Assembly: GCA_965235115.1 (NCBI GenBank)
Contig: OZ249436.1
Coordinates: 39,124,001-39,188,000, forward strand
Direction of reading: 5' to 3'
Length of the DNA: 64,000 bases
DNA from: Laetmonice hystrix
Lineage: Eukaryota
Shown here: piece after piece, positions 28,201-39,443 of the stretch
Layout: each line of letters starts with the position of its first letter
Numbering within the stretch: the stretch's first letter is position 1
Translations under genes and position numbers: made by a program
Notes under the pieces: generated by a model
What the model saw: only the letters and a program-made list of their open reading frames with translations
Told to the model about the DNA's origin: nothing
The model's database searches: none

Positions 28201-31200
28201 TCATTGAATTAACTTACCTACCGACCTACCTACCACCTACGTACCTACCTACCTTAACGTGGAGATTAATGACAGAAACATCGGCCTAATATGACAATTA
28301 TCGCCCAAAGTGACGACCCGTGAAGTTGGTGGAGAAAGGATCGAAATATCCTGCCCAGCCGAGCACGCAGTGGAACCGTTGGAAATACAGACTTCTGTCG
28401 GTGTGACCACCACAGCCTCTCCACCGCCATCAGTGGTCACACCAAGGGATGGCGGGGAGGTGTCGGTCACACGGTCCGTGTACAACCTGCTGCCACTGTG
28501 GTGTCCACAGGGGTCACAGACCTGCACCTTCACCCCTCGGCTGGTTCCGACGTCGACGTGGGATGAAATGACGTCTCCTGTCAATGTGACGTTCGGCTGC
28601 ACTCCATACAAACATTTCAGTGAGTTCTGCCATTACGAAAGATGCATGCAGTCAGACCCAACAAGAGCTATGGAAGATAGATTACTTTTACTGTGAGGTA
28701 ATTCATACATGCATTGTTACGTAGGTCCTAATCTTGAATGTTTTTCTGTTCCTTCAGCCGGTCTCTGCGAGTATGGAATAAATAAGGAAGGGTCCCTGTT
28801 ACAGTCAGAAGATTATCACCGTATGGTTGATGCTGGAAGAACTTGCACCTGGCGAATCAATGCCCCACCGGGAAAATATGTTAGACTGGTCGTCAAGGAG
28901 TTTAGGCTTGCACCGGCTGAGGATTCATTTATGGTAATCAACTGATTTATAAACGTATAGTCTGTACCAATCATCTGCTTGTCTCTATATAAGGGTACTT
29001 TAGATTTTCTTTGACTTGTCCTTTGGGAAAAGTTCACACTTTTACGTTTACTTGCCGGTGCCTGTAAAACCTTGGTGTTTTGTTACAGGACGGCTCGTAC
29101 TTTGTCAATGTCGGCTCTTGTCGAGATACTCTGACTGTCGGGTATAATACCGAGAAGGAGATTGACATGATGCAGGTTACTGGAAAACAGACATTCGTAT
29201 CACCAGAGGGAAGCATGGTTGTCAGATTGTCGACTTGTTACCGATATTCACAGACAATGTGGGACATTTTAGATATTATGAATATCCAGCTTTCAGATCT
29301 AAAACTGGAAGCAAATGTCGATTTCGTAGGTAAGTATACTATGTGCATGTTTTGTAACATCAATGGCCTTAGCATATTTCTACAAAGTATCTTGTGTAAA
29401 GTCCATAAACTACAACATCACGGATAGATCATTAATGTCAGAAAATTACACCCAACAAATAAGCTGTTCTTCACCTTCATGCAAGTTTTAGAAAAAAGTG
29501 TTTTCCTTTCAGATTGCAATGGGTGCAATGTACGTGTCGACTGGGCTGGCACAGTTCAGTGTGACAAACCTTGCGGGTTGATCATGTCACCAAGTTTTCC
29601 AGAGTTTTATAAATCCAATCTGAAATGTTTGTGGGAGATAGTCGTATCATCGGACGCCTATGTTCGTCTTACGTTCGTTGAGTTTGATGTGTTTGAGGAC
29701 AAGTCGGACTCGTGTAACCGTGATGCCGTGCAGGTGTATGAGGTAAATCGTGCTGGGGTCCTGGGACAGGTGTTGGGCCGCTATTGTAACTCGTACATGC
29801 CTCCAGCTGAGATTGAAAGTGGCTGGAACCAAATGAGAGTCGAGTTCTTCACGGACAACGAGTTTAGTCGTGGAGGATTCCAAGCTCGATATACAACTGT
29901 TAGTTTTGTCTTCGATGACAGTCTGGGCCTCAGTACCGGGAATGAAGGTATACATAGGTGATTTTATCATGTAGGAATATCTCTGAAAACTTTACTAACT
30001 CCACTTATGAATAACAATAGTTTATAACTGCTAAATCGATGGTGTGTTTCTTAATACTTATCCAATTAACGTTAACTGTTTTTCAAATACATTATATGTT
30101 TTCGGGCTATCATCCTAATCATCCTAAAGTCAAAGCAACTCATTCTATTATCTTTTATCTAGACTGCATGAATGGCTGGATGCGATACAATGATAGTTGC
30201 CTGCGTATCTTTACGTCGGAGGAGCCCTTATCGTGGTTGTCGGCACATGACCACTGCGTCAGAGAAGATGCAAATCTTCTCAGCATCCACAGTGAAGAGG
30301 AGATGCACTTCATCAATCATATCTTAGTCACTCAGTATGATGCGGCCAGTCTCTACATAGGTAACGCTGGCATTAGTTATAGATAAAGCAGAGAGTTTAT
30401 AGAGCAAATGAAACAAGGGAATAGGTGTTCCAACTTTGGTTATTGCAGATATAGTTCCAGGACAGTCTACTTAAGTTTAAGGGTATTGGTACTTTGCAAT
30501 ATTTTTTCCGCAATACAGGCCTATTCTTTTAACATATGTTTATTATGGGTCCTCTTTGTTGTCGTTGGGGTCAAAGTGCGTTGAGCTGGTCCAAACTCTT
30601 AACGCACTTTGAGCAATTTTTTCAAAGTGCGTAATTTTTTGCAATGTGGGTTGTTAGGCTCCGACTGCAGTTATTCCTCGCAGTTGAAGCCACACTAAAA
30701 CAACTCTGAGGTCCTCCCTTGGTGATCTTCATCTTTCAGGTCTCACTGACAGAGAAAACGAGGGTGTATTCATTTGGACAGACAGAAGCGCTGTGACATT
30801 TACTAATTGGTGAGCTAAACTTCAAGTGCATAACACATATCAATGCTTCTTGAACGCCGACATTTACTTTGTCTAGTCCCATATATCCTTAAAACGAAGG
30901 AGAAAGAAACGGGGGGGAAATGTATAACACACCTCGAATCCACCGAGTTAAACTGTTGGTATTTTTGTGAGTGGCGACATCTATCGGTAAGTGTGTGTTC
31001 TGTCTGTGTGTGATGTGAAGGCGACACGAGGAGCCGAACGGCGGTGTTATCGAGGACTGCAGTCTGGTGGTCCTGGCGGGCGTACGTCCCCGGCCCAGCT
31101 GGCAGGACGTGCCCTGTGCCGCCGCCTCCGTCACACATTACGCCTGCTCCTACACTCATACACACGGTAACGGTTTATTTTGCCTGCTTTAGCTGACTAT

Positions 31201-34200
31201 TTGGATAAACATAATGTTTGAAAGGCAGCCGTTTTGTGGGCTTCTTCACAGCATGCTGTGTTATTTAAGTCGGATATCGCCTCATGAGAATGTCCTTCCA
31301 CGATTACTGATGCCAAAATAGGTGGTCGAAGCAGGATTCATGCAATATTAACGGTTGTATTGAAAAAAATGAAAAGGTAACAAAGATTGATAAGTAAAAA
31401 AAACATGAAGGATATGAACAAAAATTGGTTTTAAAGAAGAGGCATTTAAAAACGTACAAAATGATACAAGAAACTGAATGTAGCTTGACCAAGCTGAGTA
31501 TCGGCGCTCATTGATTACAGTGAACACCTCGGCAGGGCTTGATATCGTGGGCCCTCTCCCGTCGGCCGACTGCTTGGGGAGACTGTCAGCCTGTGACGAC
31601 GGAGTCTGTATACAAAACGTCTTGGTGTGTGACGGAGTCAAAGATTGTTTGTCTGGTAGCGACGAGTTGGACTGTGGTATGTGAAAACTATAGGCCACAA
31701 AAAGGAGCAAGAACATTTTTTAAAAAGACGCAAAATGATTAAAATAGAGTAACATGGAGATATATTCCACGCTGGTTACACACTTCGAAATTATTCTGAT
31801 ACCCTCTGTTAATGCCAATTCCTAAATCATGTTCTTATTTCTGAATACCAGTATGTATTTATAATTTGGCATGGCGTTCTTCAGGTGCGCACTGTCCTGA
31901 GTTTACCTATCAGTGTGAGAATGGCCAATGTGTATCGTTCTCGTTTGTTTGCGATGGAATCAACGATTGCGAGGATCGGTCAGACGAATTGACATGTGGT
32001 AAGTGGTTCTATATTGGTTTAAGGTATATGTTATGCACATTTCATTTACTACCGGTCCATTGAACCGGAAGCAAATTAGTCACAAACTCGATTTGGACAT
32101 AGACTCTACTATGTATGGTGTTACCTTTATAATTTCATACACGAAATTATTTTTCGTAAACAAAATTATAATTTTGTACACGAATATTTTTTTTTAGTAT
32201 ATCCATTATGTTTACGAGAATTTCGTAAACGAAATTGTAATTTCGTAGACGTAATATCCATTTCGTATATGGATTGACATTTCGTCTACACAATAATCAA
32301 TTCCGTCAACGAAATTCACTTTTGTCTCAACAATCATCCATTTTGTGAAATTCTATTTCGTTTCCATAGTATCCATTCTGTCTACGGGAATGATTTTCGT
32401 CTTCACAATATCCATTACGTGTCACGAACACAGAATGGATTATTGTGTACACGAAATTGAATTTCGGCTATGAAAGGGATATTGTGGAGACGAAGGACGA
32501 GACGAAATCCTATGCACCTACAATCCATTCATCTCTTCCTTTCAGCTCTTTGTTCCACACATTCCTAGTATATAATACTGCGTAAATAGGTTAAATTTGG
32601 TTCAAATTATATTCATTCCCTTAATTTTCTCAGATTACCCCATGTGTTCAGAGACAGAGTTCCAGTGTACGAGTAAAGTTTGCATTCCGATGTCACAAAG
32701 ATGTGACCTTTTGAACGACTGTCCGGACGGTTCGGATGAAAAGGACTGCAGTAAGTCACAAAATGCTCCTACATTTTTTGTTTTTCAAGTATTCATGGAG
32801 AATAGGGTGAACGTAGTAAATCTTCGGCCAAAGAATAAATACATTAAGCTTCTTGGTATAAAATCGTGTTTGACTTTGTGAATTTGGTGACAGGTGTGTG
32901 TGCTGCGAACAAGACGATGCAGTGTTATGACGGAACGTGTATCGCCGAAGCGCGGGTCTGTGACAGCCAAGCTGACTGTCCCGGCCGAGAGCGCGAGGAC
33001 GAGTCGGGCTCGGCATGCAGTCGGTCCACCCCGAAAACATGTCTCGACTGGCGCATACGAGGATTTGTCGAAAACGGACGCTACATGCTGCAGATGCCTG
33101 GAGAGGGTTTTTATCCAATAAAGAATTATTTAACAGTATTGAGTAGAACATTAGAAGTCGGTAAAATAATTTTAGGACTAACTGCTCTCTATTCCCCCCC
33201 CCCCGCATATTACATCGAAATCAGAGTTTATATATTAGGCTCATTGTTTTGTACTTTTTCTTTTTCCTCTCAGATCTGCAGATCACATTTTTAAAATTCT
33301 GCCTTAGAGAAATCAACAAAATTTATCCCTGCATCTTTCAACCAATCTTGTCGATGTGCACCCTAAAAGACAAACAACTCGATTCATCTTTACTGTGTAT
33401 TTTCCTTGCTATCTCAGAACAAAGTTCGGTTAGCTGTGACATGACGAGTGTTCCTGACCACGTGGTTACTGTAATACACCATAACACAGAGACCCTCAAT
33501 ACCAGCTTTCACGGCTTCGAGGCTCCCGCTTCCTACAGACGTAACATCTCCTATTTTGCCTCTTGGAATCTCATCATGACTGTCAGGTAGTCCGTGTAGA
33601 TAGGTTTAGATAAAAAGGGTGGAAAATCCATTTCAAAGAAAATGTAACATTGAATTGCCATATTAATTTGTTTTTGCATGTACGATGATTATTCTTGCAT
33701 TTGAAGCGTACCAAACACAAAGGCACATCAAATACACTGTGTTAAAATCAAAATCACCGCATCAATTTTAGTGGGCGGACCTGTAATTTAGAACAAGTTC
33801 ACGTTTTCCGTTTTTTTAACATTTCCGTATTTCAACAGGTCTCTCTCAGTGCGTTGTGAACAGTTCATGGAAATGCTATGTTTGAACGCCGAAACGTTTT
33901 CGAGGAGTTGGTGGGTTTCTGCAGACGATGAGAAGCAGTGGTACCATGGGCGGCCAGGACCATGTCAATGTTGGCTCAACAAGTCCTGCTCTGAGGGCAG
34001 ATCACGGTGTGTATTAGTTAAACATTTTACTACAGCTGATTGTTTTTTACAGCTAATCCTTTTTGCCAATATTAATTATGATGGTTAAAATGTGTTTATG
34101 ACTGAGAAAAATAGAAAGGTAAAAGTCAAACGTAATAAATTGTATCACTATTAATGGAGTGACCAATGATAAATATCTGTAATTTGTAATGAATTCGTTT

Positions 34201-37200
34201 TCCAGATGTTATTGTTCATCACCGGATCCTGATATTCTGCATGTTGATCGTGGCTACTTTGATGAAACCAAGCTGCTTCCAATCCGCCTTTTAACGCTTG
34301 AGGACACTGGAAGTATTCACGAGCAGGCCTCGTACACCCTTGGACCGTTACGGTGTTATCACGGTAACACAGGCCTTTAGGGGATGATCATAAACTGGTA
34401 TCCATAAATGAAGGGGGAGTCTAACCTCGAGATCAGAGATAAAATCTCATTGCTGTGAAGGGCCTTCTCTCTGATGTTAGGCTTATACATAGGCTGGTAT
34501 GCGAACACCATAGGACAGTCACTTTATCCAGCTTTTTAACATCAACAGAGCCATGGTCTTGAATTCCTTTCTAATTAAAATGTTTACAGCCTTCTCTAAG
34601 GAGGATGCAAGACTACAATGTAAGAGTGGCCAGTCGTACTTGCTTAGCAACCGATGCCTGTTCCAAACTGATCAATTCGGCGTTCTCCTGGGATGCCGAG
34701 ACACGACACATCTTGAAGACTGTGGTCAGTAATTCAGTAAATGCATAATATTTTGTTTGGAAAGCACAGCGACACCTAAAACTATAGCATTTATTAATAG
34801 ATCAAATGGAGAAGAAGTAGTATTACCAAAATATTCTTGTATATAATTATTATATAACGTATTAGAAAGGGCGAACTTGCGTATATAATCGTATTGGCTC
34901 ATCTCGAAATTCAGAAACTAACGAGATCTTCTGTTCTTAATTTTCAGAGAACTTTAACTGTCCTCCATCATTCTACAAATGCCCCCACAGTTTTTGTGTC
35001 GCTGCCAGTAAGGTCTGTGATGGAAAGATGAACTGCCCGAACGGGGAAGATGAAATAACTTGTGGTTTGTACAATTAATTTGACATTAATCTGACAATCT
35101 GACAACCCCTTTAGGAGCACATGGCGTCATAAAGACCTATCATTGTTATCTGGAATTTCCATGTACTCAGTTTGTTGAAAGTATCTAAACTTTATAACTC
35201 CGCTTCAGATTCACACGCGTGTCCAGGAATGGTGAAATGTCACGGACACCCGAACTGTGTCCCACAGAGCCAGTTGTGTGATGGACAACGACAGTGTCCA
35301 CAGGGAGACGACGAATGGTTCTGTAATGATATCTGTCCCGACGATTGTCTGTGCAATGGATTGACGTATTCCTGTGTCAACAGAACCATGTCCTATATCC
35401 CCTGGGAACTGACAAAACAAACAAGAAAACTCGATTTTCAAGGCAATCGCTTGAATGTGACGACAATAACATTTAACAAATTTCCCAATATGATAGAACT
35501 TATACTGTCCAGAAACTCCCTGGTTTCTCTACCACCCGCAGCGTTTGCTTCACTTGGGAATCTTCAACTTCTAGACCTGTCTGACAATGACATAAATGTT
35601 TTTGTCCACGGGATGTTTCTTGGATTGGAAAATATACGTAAACTATTTCTAAATGGAAATCCAATCATGTCAATAGAACCGGGGGCCTTTGTAGGTCTCA
35701 AAAAACTTCCAAATCTAGTCTTGACGGGAATGACATTAGATACGATAAAGATGGGAACATTCCAAGGTCTCGAGAATTTAGAGTATTTAGATATATCGGG
35801 AAATGCAATTGAAACTCTAGAGCCCGATGGCTTACTGGAACTACAAAGTCTGAAACACCTGAAGATTTATAACAATCACCTTCAAACGTTCGAGAAGTCT
35901 GACTTCACTGGCCTGCGTCTGTTGGAGACCATGCACGGCGATGACTTCATGTTTTGTTGTTTTGTTAACATAAAAGATGACAATTGCCTGCCACCCCAGG
36001 ACGAACTCTCCTCATGCGAGGACCTGATGGAGAATAACATTCTGCGTAGCTTCCTGTGGATTCTGGGTATGATGGCGCTTTTTGGAAACATTTTCGTCCA
36101 TGTCTATCGTGGTGCACGTAAAGACCGGGACCGGGTGCCAAGTCTGCTCATTCGGAACCTTTCCACCTCGGACCTCCTGATGGGAATCTACATGGTGGCA
36201 GTGGCGTCCGTTGATTCCTACTATCGGGGAGTCTACATTGAGAACGCGTCTAGTTGGAAGACGAGCACCCTCTGCCAGGTCCTGGGATGTCTGTCGTCCG
36301 TCGCCAGCGAAGCTTCCGTTCTTACCCTGCTCGCCATCACAGTCGATCGTCTGATAAATATTTTGTTTCCTCTGTCCCAGCACAAACTGACGCCTCGTTC
36401 GGCACGCTACGTTATCGCCGCCATTTGGATAACTGCCCTGCTCATCGGTGGCATCCCCCTCATTCCCGGGTCATACTTTCAAGGTCTTTACTATGCAAGG
36501 TCAGGTGTGTGTGTCTCTCTCTACATTACATCTGAAGAAACACCAGGCTGGGAATTCTCGTTCGCAGTATTTCACGGTCTGAACTTTATTGTTTTCATTT
36601 TTATCTTTGTTGCTTATGGCTACATGTATAACGTCATTAAATCGACAAGTGCCGTCGGGGCCAACGATCAAAAGAAACGTGAAATGGCAGCTGCGAGAAA
36701 GATGACTCTCATCGTAGCGACGGATTTCTGTTGTTGGGTCCCAATCAACATTATGGGTACGTTAATTCGTTCAAAGATAGTTCTGTAATACCCCCATCAC
36801 ACTGGATAAACACCTTACGGCGACCACGGCGACCACGGCGACCTCGCAGATCGCCGTCAACATCAGAAAACCCCTCCAAGTGTGACTGCAATGCCGCTCC
36901 CACCCTGCTGCCACGACGTGGAAAAATGCAATTCTCGGACAATTTAGGCCGTCCATACCACGTCGTATGGCGTTGCTACCACGTCCTATACGATCACACT
37001 GCGCTCACTGCGCAGCAAGAACGCAGCTCTGACGTCATGAGCGCAGCGGCAGCACCGTGCGGAGCGTGTAAAGGGCTCATTAGGGTCACCGAGGTTTCGG
37101 TAGCATCGTGGTAAGAGCGCCGGGCCAGCGCCATGGGACGGGAAGGCCGATGCTACACCGTTCACTGGCGCTCGACCTGCGCTCTCAGGAATCTGGTACT

Positions 37201-39443
37201 GCGCTCATAGGACGCTGATGGTGATCGCATTTCGATCTAACTGCGCTTTTAGATCCACGGCGACCCTGCGGCGTAAATTTTGTGCATGTTCAAAATTGGT
37301 CGCCGCTAATGGCGCTCATGGTGACCCTATGACGACCCAGGGAGACACTATCTCGCTCCTATGACGCTCAGAAGGACCTCAAGGCACTCTATCCACGCTC
37401 TACGGCGATCTGGCCCATTTTCTAGAGCGCAGCTAGATCGCCTTCTAGTGTGATGGGGGTATTATGAAAGTTCATATTCACTCACTTATTATTCGGGCTC
37501 ACTTTATCTGTTTTTATGGGCCATCGTTTCTACTCTTGCACTGATAGAAAAGAGAAAGGGAGGGGGAGGGTCGTCCCGGTGCACGGATTCTTCCTATCAT
37601 CCAATCATATCATAATGATTTCACCGACTGAGTTAGTTAGACCTTGATCCCACCCGGATATAGCTAAAATACTGCTGACTGAGCGTTAAACACCAATTAA
37701 TCACTCACTCACTCGGCTAAGATTATTGATGCATGAGTTCTCCCCGGGGATGTGATGATGTTTTAAAGGAATCATACCGAGCTCGTATGGAATTTCTTTT
37801 AACGGCGTGTAAAAGTATTCGAACGAACTCTCCGTGAATATTCAGTTGCTTTCAATACTGTTGCAGGTGCTCTCGCTTTAAGCGGCTTGAAGATTCCTGG
37901 CGAGATATATGCCTGGACCGTTGTTTTTATCCTCCCCCTTAACTCGGCACTGAATCCGATCCTCTACACTATATCATCCATAGATTTCAGGGTACGTTCT
38001 TAACCACCCCGCTCATAAACTTCAAAATTAATTTTTTTTCTATGGTATGTATTCATCATTTTGATTGTGTTGGTGTTCCTTTTACGTTTTACAGAAGAAG
38101 CAGGATCTACGTTCAGACTCCAAAAGTACTATGTCTTTGAATACAGACAGAACATCCGGTGAGTTTATTGGCTGCCACTTTGTCCAAAAATGTAGGATAA
38201 GATATGATTATCATGGGACCACCAGCTTCTTATTCTTTGTAAGTGAATATACCCAATAAGTGAATTGTGAGCAGGGATTATACGTAGATGCAATAAAAGT
38301 TATAAAGCACGTTGCATTATAATGCATTTCAGTGGTGATTAGTTCAAAGAAGGGGGAGGAAAATCTTTACACTTTGGACTCCTGGATTCGAAACCCTGAT
38401 ACATGCACGACCAGCAATGTTTCACATATTGCTCACGAAATGGCAACACTTCTGCATGATTTGCATAGTGACGGGTTGTATCTTGGGCAGCTTTCCGCCC
38501 ATTCAGTCTCGTTAATGAAGGGAAAGGTAAGAAAGCCTCAAAATGGAAAGTCTCTTGTGGAAGCCACAGATCTGCAGTCTATTGGGGGGGGGGGGGGGGT
38601 TACACCTAAAGTAGCTGTCAGACTTGCACGTAGTCCGCACTGTAATCTCACGTAACATTAATACGTGGAATTACGGGAGGTACTTGAGCATTACGTGAGA
38701 GTACGGGAGGCAAGGGACAATAGGCCTACGTGAGAATACGGGAGATTTTCAACATGTTGAGAATTTTCTGGATTACGTAGCCAATGTACCTAGCATTACG
38801 TAGCATTACGTGAGATTACGTAGTATTACGTACGTATTAGTATTATGTAGACATGGCATCACATATTCTCATGTAGTCGTACGTAATCCTACTTAATGTT
38901 TCACGTAATGCCATGTAAAGTTAGTGCAGTCACAAAAAACGATGCTACAAAATATCTCACCTCAAATCTCAAGATATCTACGTAGCATTAGGTGAGATTA
39001 CGTAGTTTTACATGCGATTACATAGAGATTACGTAGTACTACGTACTAACCCCTAATAACTGTCACGTATTTCTCACGAAAGTCGCACGTAATGATTACG
39101 GCACACTACGGCGCTAACTACGTGCAAGTGTCAGAGCTACTTAAAACAGTCTACATCATTTATTAACGTGAACATAAATAGGGGGAATTGGATCATGTAT
39201 AAGAAATGGAAATTGCAACAGGTTTCGTGGTTATTTGATGGTAATGGTATTATAACCGGCAGAGCAGAATTGTTTCTTCCTGTATGTCTCTTACAGATCC
39301 CTTCTGTCGTCAGCATGCGAGGCTACCCCATGATGCACCAGCCAGACGGCGAAGGCCAGGCCATGGACATGGAGGCATATGGGAAGTTAGTCAGTCGTAT
39401 GCTGCGTGCTAACACAGTGGCTCACACCTTCACCAAGGAGTAA
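22204..39443 (+). CDS. GRL101: Giant GRL101-like (type C LGR) LDLa/LRR G-protein-coupled receptor with multi-lectin ectodomain, ~2482 aa, 35 exons
   Basis: Exons: 22204-22282, 22488-22643, 22794-23090, 23299-23480, 24246-24411, 24750-25007, 25329-25433, 25522-25620, 25762-26007, 26197-26357, 26923-27072, 27173-27320, 27413-27580, 27704-27937, 28311-28619, 28758-28933, 29089-29329, 29513-29947, 30163-30360, 30740-30809, 31021-31166, 31521-31676, 31885-31998, 32634-32750, 32894-33106, 33418-33586, 33839-34006, 34206-34363, 34590-34724, 34948-35064, 35209-36756, 37867-37991, 38095-38158, 38333-38526, 39297-39443. Total 7449 nt, one open frame from ATG to TAA. LGR hallmarks: [15 protein letters not shown] hinge, [27 protein letters not shown]. 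Confidence 0.88.
22794..24411 (+). CDS. Exons 3-5 of receptor: apextrin C-terminal (ApeC)-like domain
   Basis: W.KGTYAIP...[13 protein letters not shown]...CPAGF..G, FCCRRDG, C..V..M...E, final FCFY; typical ApeC Cys/Trp pattern. Confidence 0.8.
24750..25007 (+). CDS. Exon 6 of receptor: kringle-like domain
   Basis: DCY...DGRSYHG..N.T...PC.YW...H...L.....ENYC......KPYC.......GC.VPKC, six-Cys kringle pattern. Confidence 0.8.
25103..25252. repeat. 26-bp minisatellite in receptor intron 6 (also 57195-57394 and 62436-62525 in paralog)
   Basis: ctgtggtatgagattgttcttacacg-type units. Confidence 0.85.
25329..28619 (+). CDS. Exons 7-15 of receptor: F-type lectin, FA58C/discoidin, second F-lectin-like and SUEL-like domains
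   Basis: [33 protein letters not shown]58C: MSASS, GSWCA....PYIQVDF, V.TQG, ARYLRI...W....CLRLKVFGC. Second FTLD-like ends [12 protein letters not shown]-like: ISCP...C.G.QTCTF....V.FGC. Confidence 0.72.
27981..28091. mobile_element. Terminal fragment of the 'agccccagtcccaccaaagcc' MITE family
   Basis: Aligns to the copy starting at 60006. Confidence 0.7.
28758..31166 (+). CDS. Exons 16-21 of receptor: two CUB domains and a C-type lectin domain
   Basis: [38 protein letters not shown]....VRLTF.EFDV..C.RD...GRYC..GGFQARY. CTLD: C..GW..Y.DSC...W.SA..HC....ANL.SI, YIGL.D...EG.F.W.D, EPNG...EDC, WQDVPC. Confidence 0.85.
31521..35064 (+). CDS. Exons 22-30 of receptor: LDLa repeats interrupted by a Caspr/neurexin IV-type fibrinogen-like domain
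   Basis: LDLa C..C..G.C.....CDG..DC...SDE..C in exons 22-25 and 30. Exons 25-28 read TCLDW...G....G.Y, VSCDMT...TVIHHN, SY.RNISY, CEQF...C, WW.S, D.GY...[12 protein letters not shown]. Confidence 0.75.
35209..37991 (+). CDS. Exons 31-32 of receptor: last LDLa, LRRNT, LRR array, hinge and 7TM rhodopsin-type domain
   Basis: ORF 35172-36788 gives LRRs (L..L.L..N.I) and TM1-TM6; exon 37867-37991 supplies TM7 ([20 protein letters not shown]). Confidence 0.95.
36789..37461. mobile_element. PIF/Harbinger-like MITE in receptor intron 31
   Basis: TAA|tacccccatcacact ... agtgtgatgggggta|TTA. Confidence 0.78.
37650..37713 (+). mobile_element. Probable SINE 3' tail
   Basis: gatatagctaaaatactgctga..gcgttaaacaccaat followed by (tcac)n; resembles tails of lophotrochozoan tRNA-derived SINEs as I recall them; no tRNA head found. 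Confidence 0.4.
38610..39141. mobile_element. PIF/Harbinger-like MITE rich in ttacgt motifs, receptor intron 34
   Basis: TAA|agtagctgtcagacttgcacgtagt ... actacgtgcaagtgtcagagctact|TAA. Confidence 0.78.

Noticed and set aside
30961..30992. Strong donor-like cg|gtaagt suggesting a micro-exon in the C-type lectin
   Set aside because: Would leave a 34-nt intron and has no convincing acceptor; exons 20 and 21 already join in frame.
32068..32520. Region rich in acgaa/ttcgt motifs
   Set aside because: Probably a decayed MITE, but I could not define TIRs or a TSD.
36731..37114. Arg-rich ORF continuing after the large receptor exon
   Set aside because: Falls in an intronic MITE; the true TM7 exon is 37867-37991.
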